A DNA stretch of 64,000 nucleotides from an uncultured Sutterella sp. Its GTDB lineage: Bacteria; Pseudomonadota; Gammaproteobacteria; Burkholderiales; Burkholderiaceae_F. Under the pieces are notes generated by a model. The model did no database searches. It saw only the letters and a list, made by a program, of their open reading frames with translations, and was not told where the DNA came from. The DNA is taken from the NCBI GenBank assembly GCA_900544335.1, contig UQUS01000001.1, forward strand, positions 6,853-70,852, given 5' to 3'. A program made the translations under genes and the position numbers. Below, piece after piece: positions 36,402-47,367 of this stretch (position 1 is its first letter; every line of letters begins with the position of its first letter).

Positions 36402-38202
36402 GTGGATCGGTTCTCGTTTCTGGAAAGGTCTGGACTTTACGCGCCGGGCAATCGGGAATCTTATTTTGTTGTTGCTTTTAATCGGAATCGGTGTTCTCGT
36501 TTTTCGCTCCGATACGGTTCGGATCGAGCCTAAAACAGCGCTTGTGATTCCAATCTCCGGCAAGATTGTTGAGCAATCGGCCTTAGGCTCGCGCGAGGCA
36601 GCCTTAGCGTACGCCATCTCGGGAGCCGACCCGGAAACGCGTCTACGCGATGTGATTCGCGCTTTGGACTTAGCACGGGAAGATCCACGGATTGAGAGTG
36701 TTTTGGTTCGTGTCGAGGATTTGCAGTCAGCCGGTTTTGCAAGCTTGCGTGAAATCGGCCAAGCGATGGACAAAGTTCGTGCGACGGGCAAGAAAGTGAC
36801 GGTTTGGTCGAGCTCTTTTTCTCAGCGCCAGTACATGATTGCGTCTCATGCCAGCGAGGTTTTCTTGCACCCGATGGGCGGAGTTCTTTTAACGGGCATC
36901 GGAGACACACGTCTATATTGGGGGGAGGCGTTAAAAAATCTCGGAGTGACGGTTCACGTTTTCAAAGCCGGAGCCTACAAGTCGTTCCCCGAGACTTTCG
37001 TGCGCAATGCCCCGAGCGAAGCGGCTCTTAAGGCCGATCACTTCTGGATGGACGATATTTGGAAACAGGTGACGGATTCGGTGGAGCGCTCTCGCGGCCT
37101 GATGCCTGGCACTGTCAGCTCCCTCATTCGCAATTTTGAAAGCGAAGTGCGCTTGGCCCAGGGCGATATGAGTCGCGTTGCGTTAAACGCCAACCTTGTC
37201 GATGCCGTTCGAGGCGCCGATGAAGTGCGCGTTTTATTGCAGGATCGCCAAGGGCGTAAAAACAATGAGAGTCTGCGGGTTGTGGACTATCTGGATTACC
37301 TAGCGGCGACGCCGGTCAAAGAAAGCGGCGAGAAGGGCATTGCTGTGGTAACGCTTGAAGGCGATATTCGTGACGGCGCAAGCGGCATGGGACAAATCGG
37401 CGCGCGTAGTGCCACGGAACTGATTCGACAGGCCAAGAGCGATAACCATATTGCTGCGCTTGTCGTGCGCATCGATAGCCCCGGAGGTAGTGCCGTTGCC
37501 AGTGAAATGATTCGACGGGAACTCGAAGGGGTGCGCAAAAGCGGCAAGCCTGTAGTCGTTAGCATGGGCGATATGGCGGCAAGCGGCGGCTACTGGATTA
37601 GTCTTGCCGCCAACAAAATCGTTGCTGATCCGATGACGATTACAGGGTCGGTCGGCGTTTTCGGCATGATGCCGACATTTGAAAAGACGCTGGACCGCTT
37701 TTCCGTCGGGACGGGAGGCGCATATACTGAGTGGCTCGCTCGAGCTAAGAGTCCGGCCCTGGCGCTTGATCCGCGATTCGAGCACATCATGGAAATGACC
37801 GTCGAACGTACGTATGAAGATTTTCTGCGTTTAGTTTCCGTTGCCCGTAAAATGCCGATTTCCAAAATCGAGCCTTTAGCGCAAGGGCGTGTTTATACGG
37901 GGCGTCAAGCTTTCAAGTTCGGACTTGTTGATGATTTGGGTGGTATCGAGAAAGCGGAACGGGAAGCGCGAAGGCTGGCAAAACTCAAAGCATCGGCTCC
38001 CGTTTATTGGTACGAAGAGTCTCCCAATACAGTGAGAAATTGGGTGGAAAAATTGCTGGTTGCCGTCAAGTCAATCGCTCCTTCGGCCACGGGTTCGGTG
38101 CAAATTGAAGTTTCCGAACGCATTCTCAGCCCGGCTCAAAGACTTTTGTCGTTGGTTCGCAGCCCTATCGAGCCCCTGGCGCATTGTCTTGTGACGCCTT
38201 AG
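36385..38202 (+). CDS. sppA: Signal peptide peptidase SppA (protease IV, 67K type)
   Basis: 605 aa with duplicated ClpP/crotonase-like domains. GTG start with an AGGAG RBS; overlaps the HAD gene stop. Confidence 0.85.
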   Translation: MWNAVKWIGSRFWKGLDFTRRAIGNLILLLLLIGIGVLVFRSDTVRIEPKTALVIPISGKIVEQSALGSREAALAYAISGADPETRLRDVIRALDLAREDPRIESVLVRVEDLQSAGFASLREIGQAMDKVRATGKKVTVWSSSFSQRQYMIASHASEVFLHPMGGVLLTGIGDTRLYWGEALKNLGVTVHVFKAGAYKSFPETFVRNAPSEAALKADHFWMDDIWKQVTDSVERSRGLMPGTVSSLIRNFESEVRLAQGDMSRVALNANLVDAVRGADEVRVLLQDRQGRKNNESLRVVDYLDYLAATPVKESGEKGIAVVTLEGDIRDGASGMGQIGARSATELIRQAKSDNHIAALVVRIDSPGGSAVASEMIRRELEGVRKSGKPVVVSMGDMAASGGYWISLAANKIVADPMTITGSVGVFGMMPTFEKTLDRFSVGTGGAYTEWLARAKSPALALDPRFEHIMEMTVERTYEDFLRLVSVARKMPISKIEPLAQGRVYTGRQAFKFGLVDDLGGIEKAEREARRLAKLKASAPVYWYEESPNTVRNWVEKLLVAVKSIAPSATGSVQIEVSERILSPAQRLLSLVRSPIEPLAHCLVTP

Positions 38203-38348
38203 ACGACATTTCTGACTTTTACAGACGCAAAGACCGTTTTTGTCCAATTGAAACAAGGACTTAAGCGGTTTTCGTTTTTTGTTCGTGGCTACGCTATGCT
38301 AAGTGTTTCGTGGCGGACTTGCCGGCAAGAGTTTCGGACTTTCGAGGA

Positions 38349-38396
38349 TGAAAAAACCGCTCTGCCCTAGTCCAGACAAGGGTTTGAGCGGTTTTT
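38349..38396. terminator. bidirectional terminator between sppA (+) and hemB (-)
   Basis: aaaaaaccgctc ... gagcggttttt: an 11-bp arm with flanking A/T runs. Confidence 0.5.
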
Positions 38397-38431
38397 ATAT
38401 TTTGTTCTTTTTGGATACTCTACTCAGAGTC

Positions 38432-39445
<1,014 letters not shown>

Positions 39446-40093
39446 TTAGACCTCTTCAAATTTGTCGGGGGAGTTGAATCGCCCTTCGGGATCAATCCAA
39501 CCTAAAAGGGTTTGCGTCAGTTCCTCGGAACCCTCTTTTTTCAGACCGGAAAAAAGTTGTACCGAAACGTGATCTCCTGTTTTCTCAGCCCGAGCGCGAG
39601 CGATTCGAAGGGTATTGGCACGTTCACTGCGATTGAGTTTGTCGCATTTATTTAAAAGCCACAGTTGCCGAATGTGAGTTTTGCCGGAGAAAAAATCAAT
39701 GAGCCAGTCATCGGCCGGCATGAACGGGCGCCTGGCGTCCATCACAAGCACAATGCCGACAAGCGAGGGCCTCTTGTCCAGATAGCCTCCGATTAAATCG
39801 GCCCACTGCGCCCGTGTGTCGGGAGAAGCCTTCGAGTACCCGTATCCGGGAAGATCCACAAGAAAACCCACGTCGTCTTCTTTTTGTGTGAGGCGGAAAA
39901 AGTTAATGAGTTGCGTGCGGCCCGGCGTCTTGGAGGCAAACGCCAATTGGCCTTGCCGCGTCAGAACGTTAATCGTCGTGGATTTGCCGGCATTGGAACG
40001 CCCGGCAAAGGCAATTTCTGGTAGACCCGGGGGCGGGAGCTGATCGAGCTTGGCAGCCGAGATAACAAAACGGGCTGAATCAAATAATTTCAC
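39446..40093 (-). CDS. engB: Ribosome biogenesis GTP-binding protein EngB (YihA/YsxC)
   Basis: G1 motif [13 protein letters not shown] start at 40093 overlaps the mnmA TGA stop as GTGA, with AAGGAA 8 nt upstream. The ORF-track N-terminal extension (to 40258) lies inside mnmA. Confidence 0.85.
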   Translation of the reverse strand: MKLFDSARFVISAAKLDQLPPPGLPEIAFAGRSNAGKSTTINVLTRQGQLAFASKTPGRTQLINFFRLTQKEDDVGFLVDLPGYGYSKASPDTRAQWADLIGGYLDKRPSLVGIVLVMDARRPFMPADDWLIDFFSGKTHIRQLWLLNKCDKLNRSERANTLRIARARAEKTGDHVSVQLFSGLKKEGSEELTQTLLGWIDPEGRFNSPDKFEEV

Positions 40094-41196
40094 GGAGTCG
40101 TTCCTTTGTCGCTTTGGAGACAAACGGTGTCGATAAAGCCGCCCCCGAGACAAATATCCCCGGAGTACAAAACGGCGCTTTGTCCCGGTGTCGGAGCCCA
40201 TTGCGGGACCGGGAAAGAGAGTTCTAAGAGGCCGCCTTCCGAGCGGACGATGCGACACGGACCGTCCGGGGCTCTGTAGCGGGTTTTGACCGAGACGGAA
40301 TCGGTAAGACTCGGCGCCGTGCCGCTAATCCAACTCGGGGTTACCGCTGTTAGGCTCACGGCTAAAAGATGCGGATTGTTGTGGCCCTGTACGACCCATA
40401 GCGTGTTGGTCGCTAAGTCTTTATGGGCTACGAACCACGGCTCGTCGCTGCCGTCCCGACGGCCTCCGATGCCGATGCCCCTGCGCTGACCGAGCGTGTA
40501 AAAACTCAATCCCACATGGTTGCCGATGACCTTTCCCTGTTCGTTTTTAATCGGACCGGGTTGTGTCGGTAGATAACGGCTGAGAAACTCCCGAAACGGT
40601 CTTTCGCCGATAAAACAGATCCCGGTGGAATCTTTTTTTTGAGCGACGGGAAGGCCGATTTTAAGCGCCAGAGCACGCACATCGCGCTTGAACATATCCC
40701 CGACGGGAAAAATGGCTTTGGAGAGCTGTGCTTGAGTCAGGCGATGCAGAAAATAACTTTGGTCCTTTCCCGGATCTGTGCCGCGTAGCAATTCAAACAG
40801 GCCCTCTTTTTCTCGTACGCGACAATAGTGGCCCGTGGCGATGTAATCGGCCCCCATGGACATAGCGTGGTCGAGGAAGGCAGCAAATTTAATTTCCGAA
40901 TTGCACAGGACATCTGGGTTGGGCGTGCGCCCGGCGGCGTACTCGGTTAAAAAGTTGGAAAAGACCCGTTCTTTGTACTCTTTGGCAAAGTTCACGGCCT
41001 CCAAATCAATCCCGATTACGTCGGCCGCGCTTGCCGCATCGATGAAATCACGCCGGCTCGAGCAGTATTCCGAGTCATCGTCATCCTCCCAATTCTTCAT
41101 AAATAGGCCGATGACCTCATAACCGGCTTGTTTGAGTAAATAGGCAGAGACGGCGCTATCAACCCCGCCGCTCATGCCGATGACGACTTTACGCAT
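40090..41196 (-). CDS. mnmA: tRNA-specific 2-thiouridylase MnmA
   Basis: PP-loop SGGVDSAV; 368 aa. Confidence 0.95.
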   Translation of the reverse strand: MRKVVIGMSGGVDSAVSAYLLKQAGYEVIGLFMKNWEDDDDSEYCSSRRDFIDAASAADVIGIDLEAVNFAKEYKERVFSNFLTEYAAGRTPNPDVLCNSEIKFAAFLDHAMSMGADYIATGHYCRVREKEGLFELLRGTDPGKDQSYFLHRLTQAQLSKAIFPVGDMFKRDVRALALKIGLPVAQKKDSTGICFIGERPFREFLSRYLPTQPGPIKNEQGKVIGNHVGLSFYTLGQRRGIGIGGRRDGSDEPWFVAHKDLATNTLWVVQGHNNPHLLAVSLTAVTPSWISGTAPSLTDSVSVKTRYRAPDGPCRIVRSEGGLLELSFPVPQWAPTPGQSAVLYSGDICLGGGFIDTVCLQSDKGTTP

Positions 41197-41274
41197 AGGA
41201 AAAAACTCAAAAGAAAAAACCGATAGGGCAGATTATAGAATTGCCTGCAGCGCATCTGATTTTGACCGGACTAA

Positions 41275-41313
41275 AGACAAAGACGGAACCAATTCCGGTT
41301 CCGTCTTTGCGTA
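41275..41313 (-). terminator. rho-independent terminator after dcuB
   Basis: agacggaacc / ggttccgtct is a perfect 10-bp stem (extendable by flanking A/T pairs to ~12 bp); T-run on the minus strand. Confidence 0.6.
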
Positions 41314-41387
41314 ATCACTTTGCGGGTTGCTTTTCGAAAAGTGGTACTTAATGTCCTTTCAGTACCTTGGAATCATTGAGCAACCGA

Positions 41388-42743
41388 TTAGATGTACCCG
41401 TACAGGATGCCGAGCATGTAGCCGACGACGGTAGCCGTACCGACACCGATCAGGCCGGGCGCGATGAACGAGTGGTTAATAACGAACTTGCCGATGTGCG
41501 TCGTGCCAGAGCGGTCAAACGTCAGAGCCGCAAGGTCAGACGGATAGGTCGGCAGAATGTAGTAGCCGTAAGCCGCCGAGGCCATCGCCAGAACGACTCC
41601 CGGTGGCGTGCCGATCTGCAGGGCAACCGGGACGACAATAGCCACGGACGCAGCCTGAGAGTTCACCAACTTAGAAACGAGCAGTAGCACGATACCGAAG
41701 GTCCACGGAGCCGCCTTAACCCATTCGGTCAAGCCTTCTTTCAAGGCAGCCAAGTGGTTCGAGAACATCGTATCGGACATCCAGGCCACGCCGTACACGG
41801 AAACGATGGCGACCATACCGGCGATAAACACGGACGTGGAGCTCACCTTCTTAGGCGGCTTGCAGAACGCAAGCATAAAGAAGGCGGCCGTAATCATGAA
41901 CATCTGAATGACAAGAGTCATCGAAAGGCGTTTCGTGCCGAAAAGCGGACGCAGTTCCTTGACAGCGCCGAGAAGAGCGACCATCGCGACGGCAAACAGG
42001 AAAATCCACAAACTGCCCCACTGCTTCTTATTGAAGTGGACGCCGATTAAGGTCATCGTTTCACCGTAAACGTACTTACGCTGTTCCGGATCGGCAATCA
42101 AAGCCTGAAATTTCTCGTCCTTGTCCAAATCCTTGCCGCGACACACGGAGAACGTACCGACCATAAACAGACCGACGATAGCGGCGGGCCAAACAATAAA
42201 GCCCAAGTGGAACATGTTAAAGGGCTGACCGGCAATCAGATAGTTGCCCTTTTCCATGAAGCCGACCATCGAGACGAAGGCCACGGCCGCGGGCGAGCAC
42301 ATCACACCCATCTGGGCCGCAATCGTGGAAGCCGCCATCGGACGTTCCGGACGCACACCGTTTTTAATCGCGACGTCGTAGATAATCGGGAGCATCGTGT
42401 AAACGGTATGACCCGTACCGCACAGAACCGTCAGGAACCAGCAAAGATACGGAGCCAAGTAGCAAACAAAGCGCGGATGTTTACGCAGGAGCTTTTCAGC
42501 AACCTGCAGTAAGCAGTCCAAACCGCCGCATGCCTGTAGTGTCGCCGAGGCGCACACCACAGCCAAAATCGTGAGAATCACGTCGACCGGCGGTTTGCCG
42601 GGCTTCATGTGGAAGAAAAAGATGAAGATGATAAGGCCGACGCCGCCGATCATACCGAGAGTAAAACCGCCGCGCGGGGCTGCGTAGAACAAACAGGCCA
42701 AGAGTACGCATAGCTCTAGCCAAAAGTCAAGTCCTAAATCCAT
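41388..42743 (-). CDS. dcuB: Anaerobic C4-dicarboxylate transporter, DcuA/DcuB family
   Basis: 451 aa; the N-terminus and topology match DcuA/B. The A versus B subtype is not distinguishable by eye. Confidence 0.85.
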   Translation of the reverse strand: MDLGLDFWLELCVLLACLFYAAPRGGFTLGMIGGVGLIIFIFFFHMKPGKPPVDVILTILAVVCASATLQACGGLDCLLQVAEKLLRKHPRFVCYLAPYLCWFLTVLCGTGHTVYTMLPIIYDVAIKNGVRPERPMAASTIAAQMGVMCSPAAVAFVSMVGFMEKGNYLIAGQPFNMFHLGFIVWPAAIVGLFMVGTFSVCRGKDLDKDEKFQALIADPEQRKYVYGETMTLIGVHFNKKQWGSLWIFLFAVAMVALLGAVKELRPLFGTKRLSMTLVIQMFMITAAFFMLAFCKPPKKVSSTSVFIAGMVAIVSVYGVAWMSDTMFSNHLAALKEGLTEWVKAAPWTFGIVLLLVSKLVNSQAASVAIVVPVALQIGTPPGVVLAMASAAYGYYILPTYPSDLAALTFDRSGTTHIGKFVINHSFIAPGLIGVGTATVVGYMLGILYGYI

Positions 42744-43094
42744 AAAAACTTCCCCTTCGTAGTTAGGTAAAAAAGGACGAGTGTATGATGGCGCATTTGT
42801 AACAAAAAGTGAATATTAGAATAACAAAAATTTGATTAAAGTAAAACATTCGTTCTATCGGAGGAAACCGACTGAGGGAAATCTACCCGAAAGGAGTAGG
42901 AAAAAGTCCTTATATTTGAAGGAGATGCGCGAAAAACGCGGGTTTTCGGACGGTAAACCATCGTTTTCGTTGTTCTGTAAAATAATCAGAAGTTTTAGGT
43001 CGATTGCGCCGATTGCGGTAATCGAAGCCTCATAGGTATTTGTTAATCGAAATGCAAGGACAGACGGCATAGTGCCGCCGGAAAGGAGATCAAA

Positions 43095-44735
43095 ATGCCT
43101 GAATTTAAATATGCACCGATGTTTCAGGTCGGCAAAGACGACACGGAATACACGCTCATTACCAAGGACTATGTGAGTGTCGGTGATTTCGAGGGCCACC
43201 CGGTTTTGAAGGTTCAGCCCGAAGCTTTGACCGTGCTCATCAATACGGCTTTCCACAATGTGAACTTCATGCTGCGCCGTTCGCACAATGAATGCGTTGC
43301 AAAGATTCTCAAAGATCCGGAAAGTTCGGATAACGATAAATACGTGGCACTTACGATGCTGCGCAATGCCGAAATCGCTGCTAAGGGCATTTTGCCGGTT
43401 TGCCAGGATACGGGTACGGCTATCGTTCACGGTGAAAAGGGTCAGTACGTGTACACGGGCTTTTGCGATGAAGAAGCTATCAGCAAGGGCGTTTACAAGA
43501 CCTACACCGAAGATGCATTGCGCTATTCTCAGAACGCTCCCTTGAGCATGTACAAGGAAGTGAACACCAAGTGCAATCTGCCGGCTCAGATTGATATCGA
43601 AGCGACCGAAGGCAATGAATACAAGTTCCTTTGCGTTGTCAAGGGCGGCGGATCGGCCAACAAGTCCTATCTGTACCAAAAGACCAAGGCGATTTTGAAT
43701 CCGGCCGCTTTGGTGCCCTTCCTGATCGAACAAATCAAGGATTTGGGCACGGCAGCCTGCCCGCCGTATCACATCGCCGTTGTCGTCGGCGGAACCTCCG
43801 CGGAAAAGACGATGCTCACGGTCAAGCTCGCTTCCACGAAGTTCTATGACAACTTGCCGACAACCGGTGACGAAACCGGTCGTGCCTTCCGCGATTTGGA
43901 ATTGGAAAAGACCCTTCTGGATGCTGCCAACAACATCGGACTCGGTGCCCAGTTCGGCGGCAAGTACCTGGCTCACGACGTGCGCGTCATTCGCCTGCCG
44001 CGCCACGGTGCCTCGTGCCCGATCGGTATCGGCGTGAGCTGCTCGGCCGACCGTAACGTCAAGTGCAAGATCAATGCCGAAGGTCTGTGGATTGAAAAAC
44101 TCGATGACAATCCCGCAAGCTTGATTCCGGAAGAATTCCGCAAGGAAAGCGAAGGCAAGACCGTCAAGATTGATTTGTCGATGCCGATGGATAAGATTCG
44201 TGCCGAACTTTCGAAGTACCCGGTTTCCACGCGTGTGTCGCTTACGGGCACCATCATCGTCGGTCGCGATATTGCGCACGCTCGCTTGAAGGAACGTCTT
44301 GATAAGGGCGAGGGTCTTCCTGATTACATCAAGAATCACCCGATTCTTTATGCGGGTCCGGCTAAGACCCCGAAGGGCTATGCCTGCGGCTCCATGGGCC
44401 CGACAACGGCCAACCGTATGGATCCGTACGCCGATCCCTTCATGGCAGCGGGCGGCTCATTCGTGATGATTGCTAAGGGCAACCGTACGCAGGTTGTGAC
44501 CGATGCTTGCAAGAAGTACGGCGGCTTTTATCTCGGGACCATCGGCGGCGTCGCTGCGGCGCTTTCCGAAGCGGCCATTAAGAGCATCGAATGCATTGAG
44601 TATCCGGAGCTCGGTATGGAAGCGATCTACAAAATCGAAGTCGTGGACTTCCCGGCCTTTATCCTCGTTGACGACAAGGGTAACGACTTTTTCAAGCAAC
44701 TCAAGCCCCGTTGCTGCTGCAAGTGCGTTAAGTAA
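43095..44735 (+). CDS. fumB: Class I fumarate hydratase ([4Fe-4S], FumA/FumB type)
   Basis: 546 aa; Cys motifs CQDTG, AACPPYH and SCPIGIG. Confidence 0.9.
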   Translation: MPEFKYAPMFQVGKDDTEYTLITKDYVSVGDFEGHPVLKVQPEALTVLINTAFHNVNFMLRRSHNECVAKILKDPESSDNDKYVALTMLRNAEIAAKGILPVCQDTGTAIVHGEKGQYVYTGFCDEEAISKGVYKTYTEDALRYSQNAPLSMYKEVNTKCNLPAQIDIEATEGNEYKFLCVVKGGGSANKSYLYQKTKAILNPAALVPFLIEQIKDLGTAACPPYHIAVVVGGTSAEKTMLTVKLASTKFYDNLPTTGDETGRAFRDLELEKTLLDAANNIGLGAQFGGKYLAHDVRVIRLPRHGASCPIGIGVSCSADRNVKCKINAEGLWIEKLDDNPASLIPEEFRKESEGKTVKIDLSMPMDKIRAELSKYPVSTRVSLTGTIIVGRDIAHARLKERLDKGEGLPDYIKNHPILYAGPAKTPKGYACGSMGPTTANRMDPYADPFMAAGGSFVMIAKGNRTQVVTDACKKYGGFYLGTIGGVAAALSEAAIKSIECIEYPELGMEAIYKIEVVDFPAFILVDDKGNDFFKQLKPRCCCKCVK

Positions 44736-44837
44736 CGCAACGCATGAGGCGGTTTTGGTAAAGTAACATCGGCCGGCGTGCCACGTGTGGCGTCGCCGGC
44801 CGAAGTGTCTTAGCGCGGAAAACTCCGAGGTGCTTTT

Positions 44838-45725
44838 GTGAGTGTGATTCAACAGAATGATTTGATTGAAAGTGTGGCCGAGGCCTTCGTGCGCATTAAT
44901 CGTGTTTGCCCGCCCGATTACGAGCAAGCGCTCAGGACGGCCGCTACGAGGGAACAGAATCCCAAACGACGCGATGCCGTTCATGGATATCTGACCGAGT
45001 GCCTTTCCGAGAAAAAAGAAGGGGAACTGATTGCCTCGGAGCCCGATATGGCTGTGGTCTTTATGCGCGTCGGGCAGGATGTGCGTTGGTCTGGATTCAC
45101 AGGGAGTCTTCAGGAGGCCGTCAGCGAAGGAATCGGTCGTGCGTGTGCGGAGTTTTCTCTTTCTTCCCCGAGCCGCGATGACGCTTTGCCGTCGTCACGC
45201 TTTACGGCAGGTCGTTCAGTTCCGGTCTTTATCCACTGGGAGCTTGTCCCGGGCGAGCAAGTTCAACTGACCGTCGCTGCTCGTTCCGGTCAAGATGAGA
45301 GTAAAACACGACTTCTGATGAAGGACCCACAGGAGAGCATTGCCGATAGTGTCCTCGCGCAATTGAACGAGCTGCGGGAGAGCTTCCGTTTTCCGTTTGT
45401 CCTCGGAATCGGCGTCGGCGGAACGGCAGAAAACGCTGTTTTAACGGCCCGGGAGTGTTTAAACGACCCCCTGAATATGGCAGAGCTTTTGGACCGCGGT
45501 CCGCAAACGGCCGTCGAAAACTTACGTACGGAAATCTTTCGGCGCCTCAATGAATTTTCCGATGATGCCGGAAGTTTTGTTCTCCGACCTCCGGTGCTTG
45601 ACGTCAAGATTCGACTGCGAAGCGATCGGTATCCGGTTTGGCCGATTTGTCTGATGCTTGAAACCGGGATCCCCCGCCGTATGCGGTTTGTTTTGGACGG
45701 GACGGGCCCCGTGTTTTTCCAGTAA
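44838..45725 (+). CDS. Fe-S hydro-lyase alpha-domain (fumarase N-terminal domain) paralog lacking the cluster-ligating cysteines
   Basis: 295 aa that can be aligned along the whole FumB N-domain (e.g. LGIGVGGTAENAVLTA vs [18 protein letters not shown]). CQDTG is replaced by EPDMA and AACPPY by SFRFPF. GTG start. Confidence 0.6.
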   Translation: MSVIQQNDLIESVAEAFVRINRVCPPDYEQALRTAATREQNPKRRDAVHGYLTECLSEKKEGELIASEPDMAVVFMRVGQDVRWSGFTGSLQEAVSEGIGRACAEFSLSSPSRDDALPSSRFTAGRSVPVFIHWELVPGEQVQLTVAARSGQDESKTRLLMKDPQESIADSVLAQLNELRESFRFPFVLGIGVGGTAENAVLTARECLNDPLNMAELLDRGPQTAVENLRTEIFRRLNEFSDDAGSFVLRPPVLDVKIRLRSDRYPVWPICLMLETGIPRRMRFVLDGTGPVFFQ

Positions 45726-45752
45726 GCCCTGTTTTAGAAACACCCAGAGACG

Positions 45753-45782
45753 AAAAAAGCACCTCAATCGCGGTGCTTTTTT
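45753..45782. terminator. bidirectional rho-independent terminator between the fumarase paralog (+) and the NCS2 permease (-)
   Basis: aaaaaaGCACCtcaatcgcGGTGCtttttt. Confidence 0.65.
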
Positions 45783-45823
45783 CATCGGGCGTTTCCCGAG
45801 GTTTTCCTCGGGAAGGCCTTGCG

Positions 45824-47122
45824 CTAGTTGAAGAAACGGTTCGCAATAAAGAGAACAGCCAGAACGTACATAAGCCAGTTGAGTTTCTTGTACTGACCGG
45901 TCACGAGCTTTAAGGCCACGTAGCTGACGATACCGAATTCGATACCGACGGCAATCGAGTAGGCAAAGGGCATCATGATCAGGGCAATCATGGCCGGGAA
46001 CAGTTCCGTCCAATCTGAGCAATCGAGATTGGCGATACCGGAAATCATGAAGGCGCCGACCATAATCAGGGCCGCCGATGTCGCGCAAGACGGCACAATC
46101 ATGAAAATCGGGCTAAAGAAGACAGCGAGCAGGAACAGGACGCCGACCGTGAAAGCCGTCAGACCCGTGCGTCCGCCTTGTTCGATACCGGCCGCACTTT
46201 CCACAAAGGTTGTCACCGTGGACGTACCGAGAACGGCACCGGCACTCGTGGCGATAGCGTCCGAGAGTAGGGCAGGACGGGCACGGGGCAAGAAGCCGTT
46301 CTTATCGAGCAAGCCGGCACGGGCCGAACATCCGACGAGGGTGCCAATCGTATCAAAGAAGTCCACGAAGAAGAAGGCAAAGACGATGACCCAGAAGTTC
46401 AGGTTCGAGAGCATCGAGAAGTCCATCTTCCAGAAAATCGGAGAGAGAGACGGAGGCAAGGAAACAAGACTCTCGGGAATCTTCGTTACGCCCAAGGGGA
46501 TGCCGACAATCGTGATGACGACCATGCTAATCAGAATGCCGCCGCGGATGCCTTTGTACTGCAGGTAGGCCATCAGAAGAACGCCAACAATCGTCAGGAA
46601 CGCCGTCCAATTGGTGAGTTTTCCGAGACCGACGAGGGTAGCCGGATTGTCCACAATGATTCCGGCGCCGCGCAGACCGATAAAGGCAATAAACAGACCG
46701 ATACCGGCAGCGATACCGACCTTAAGAGCCGTCGGAATGGAGTTGACGACCTTTTCTCGAATGCTTGTGACTGTCAGGAAAATAAAGATTAAGCCTTCGA
46801 CGAAGACAGCCGTTAAGGCAACGTGCCAGGAAATGCCCATCGTCAGGCAGACCGAGTACGTAAAGAAGGCGTTCAAACCCATGCCCGGAGCCAGAGCAAA
46901 CGGGTAGTTGGCCAAAAAGGCCATCAAAAAGCACCCGAGAGCCGCGCCCAAGCAGGTGGCAACCAAAACGGAGCCGAAGGGCATGCCGCTTTCGGAAAGA
47001 ATTCCCGGGTTAACGACAATGATGTAGGCCATTGCCATAAACGTTGTAATGCCGGCGGAGATTTCCGAGCGAACGGTCACCTTATTCTCGGAAAGCCGGA
47101 ATTGTTTTTCGAACCAAGACAT
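45824..47122 (-). CDS. NCS2-family purine permease (AzgA/PbuG-like: adenine, guanine, hypoxanthine)
   Basis: 432 aa; NCS2/AzgA signature region; AAGGAAAA RBS. Confidence 0.8.
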   Translation of the reverse strand: MSWFEKQFRLSENKVTVRSEISAGITTFMAMAYIIVVNPGILSESGMPFGSVLVATCLGAALGCFLMAFLANYPFALAPGMGLNAFFTYSVCLTMGISWHVALTAVFVEGLIFIFLTVTSIREKVVNSIPTALKVGIAAGIGLFIAFIGLRGAGIIVDNPATLVGLGKLTNWTAFLTIVGVLLMAYLQYKGIRGGILISMVVITIVGIPLGVTKIPESLVSLPPSLSPIFWKMDFSMLSNLNFWVIVFAFFFVDFFDTIGTLVGCSARAGLLDKNGFLPRARPALLSDAIATSAGAVLGTSTVTTFVESAAGIEQGGRTGLTAFTVGVLFLLAVFFSPIFMIVPSCATSAALIMVGAFMISGIANLDCSDWTELFPAMIALIMMPFAYSIAVGIEFGIVSYVALKLVTGQYKKLNWLMYVLAVLFIANRFFN

Positions 47123-47367
47123 GATGGATATTTTCCTTGAGGGAGAAAGTTAAGAAAGCAAAAAAGAAGATGGCGCATTCTAGTCCCGTAACCGGGGTTT
47201 AGTCCTTGATTGAATAGAAAAAACTGTGTTTTGCTGTTGCATTTTTTCTTAAGGGATTGCCCGGTGAAAACGCCGGGAAAAGGAATCATCCTTGCGACAA
47301 AGCGAATGGTCGTCGGGCTCTTGGGGTGCTATCCTGCAGAACTGAGTTTTGCCATAAATACAAAGGT

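Noticed and set aside
42832-43035. 67-aa ORF in the dcuB-fumarase intergenic region
   Set aside because: Lies in an AT-rich promoter region; basic low-complexity peptide with no RBS.
47123-47300. Purine riboswitch upstream of the NCS2 purine permease
   Set aside because: The minus-strand leader lacks the conserved purine-aptamer junction and loop motifs; only an unrelated small hairpin (ccccggttacggg) is present.
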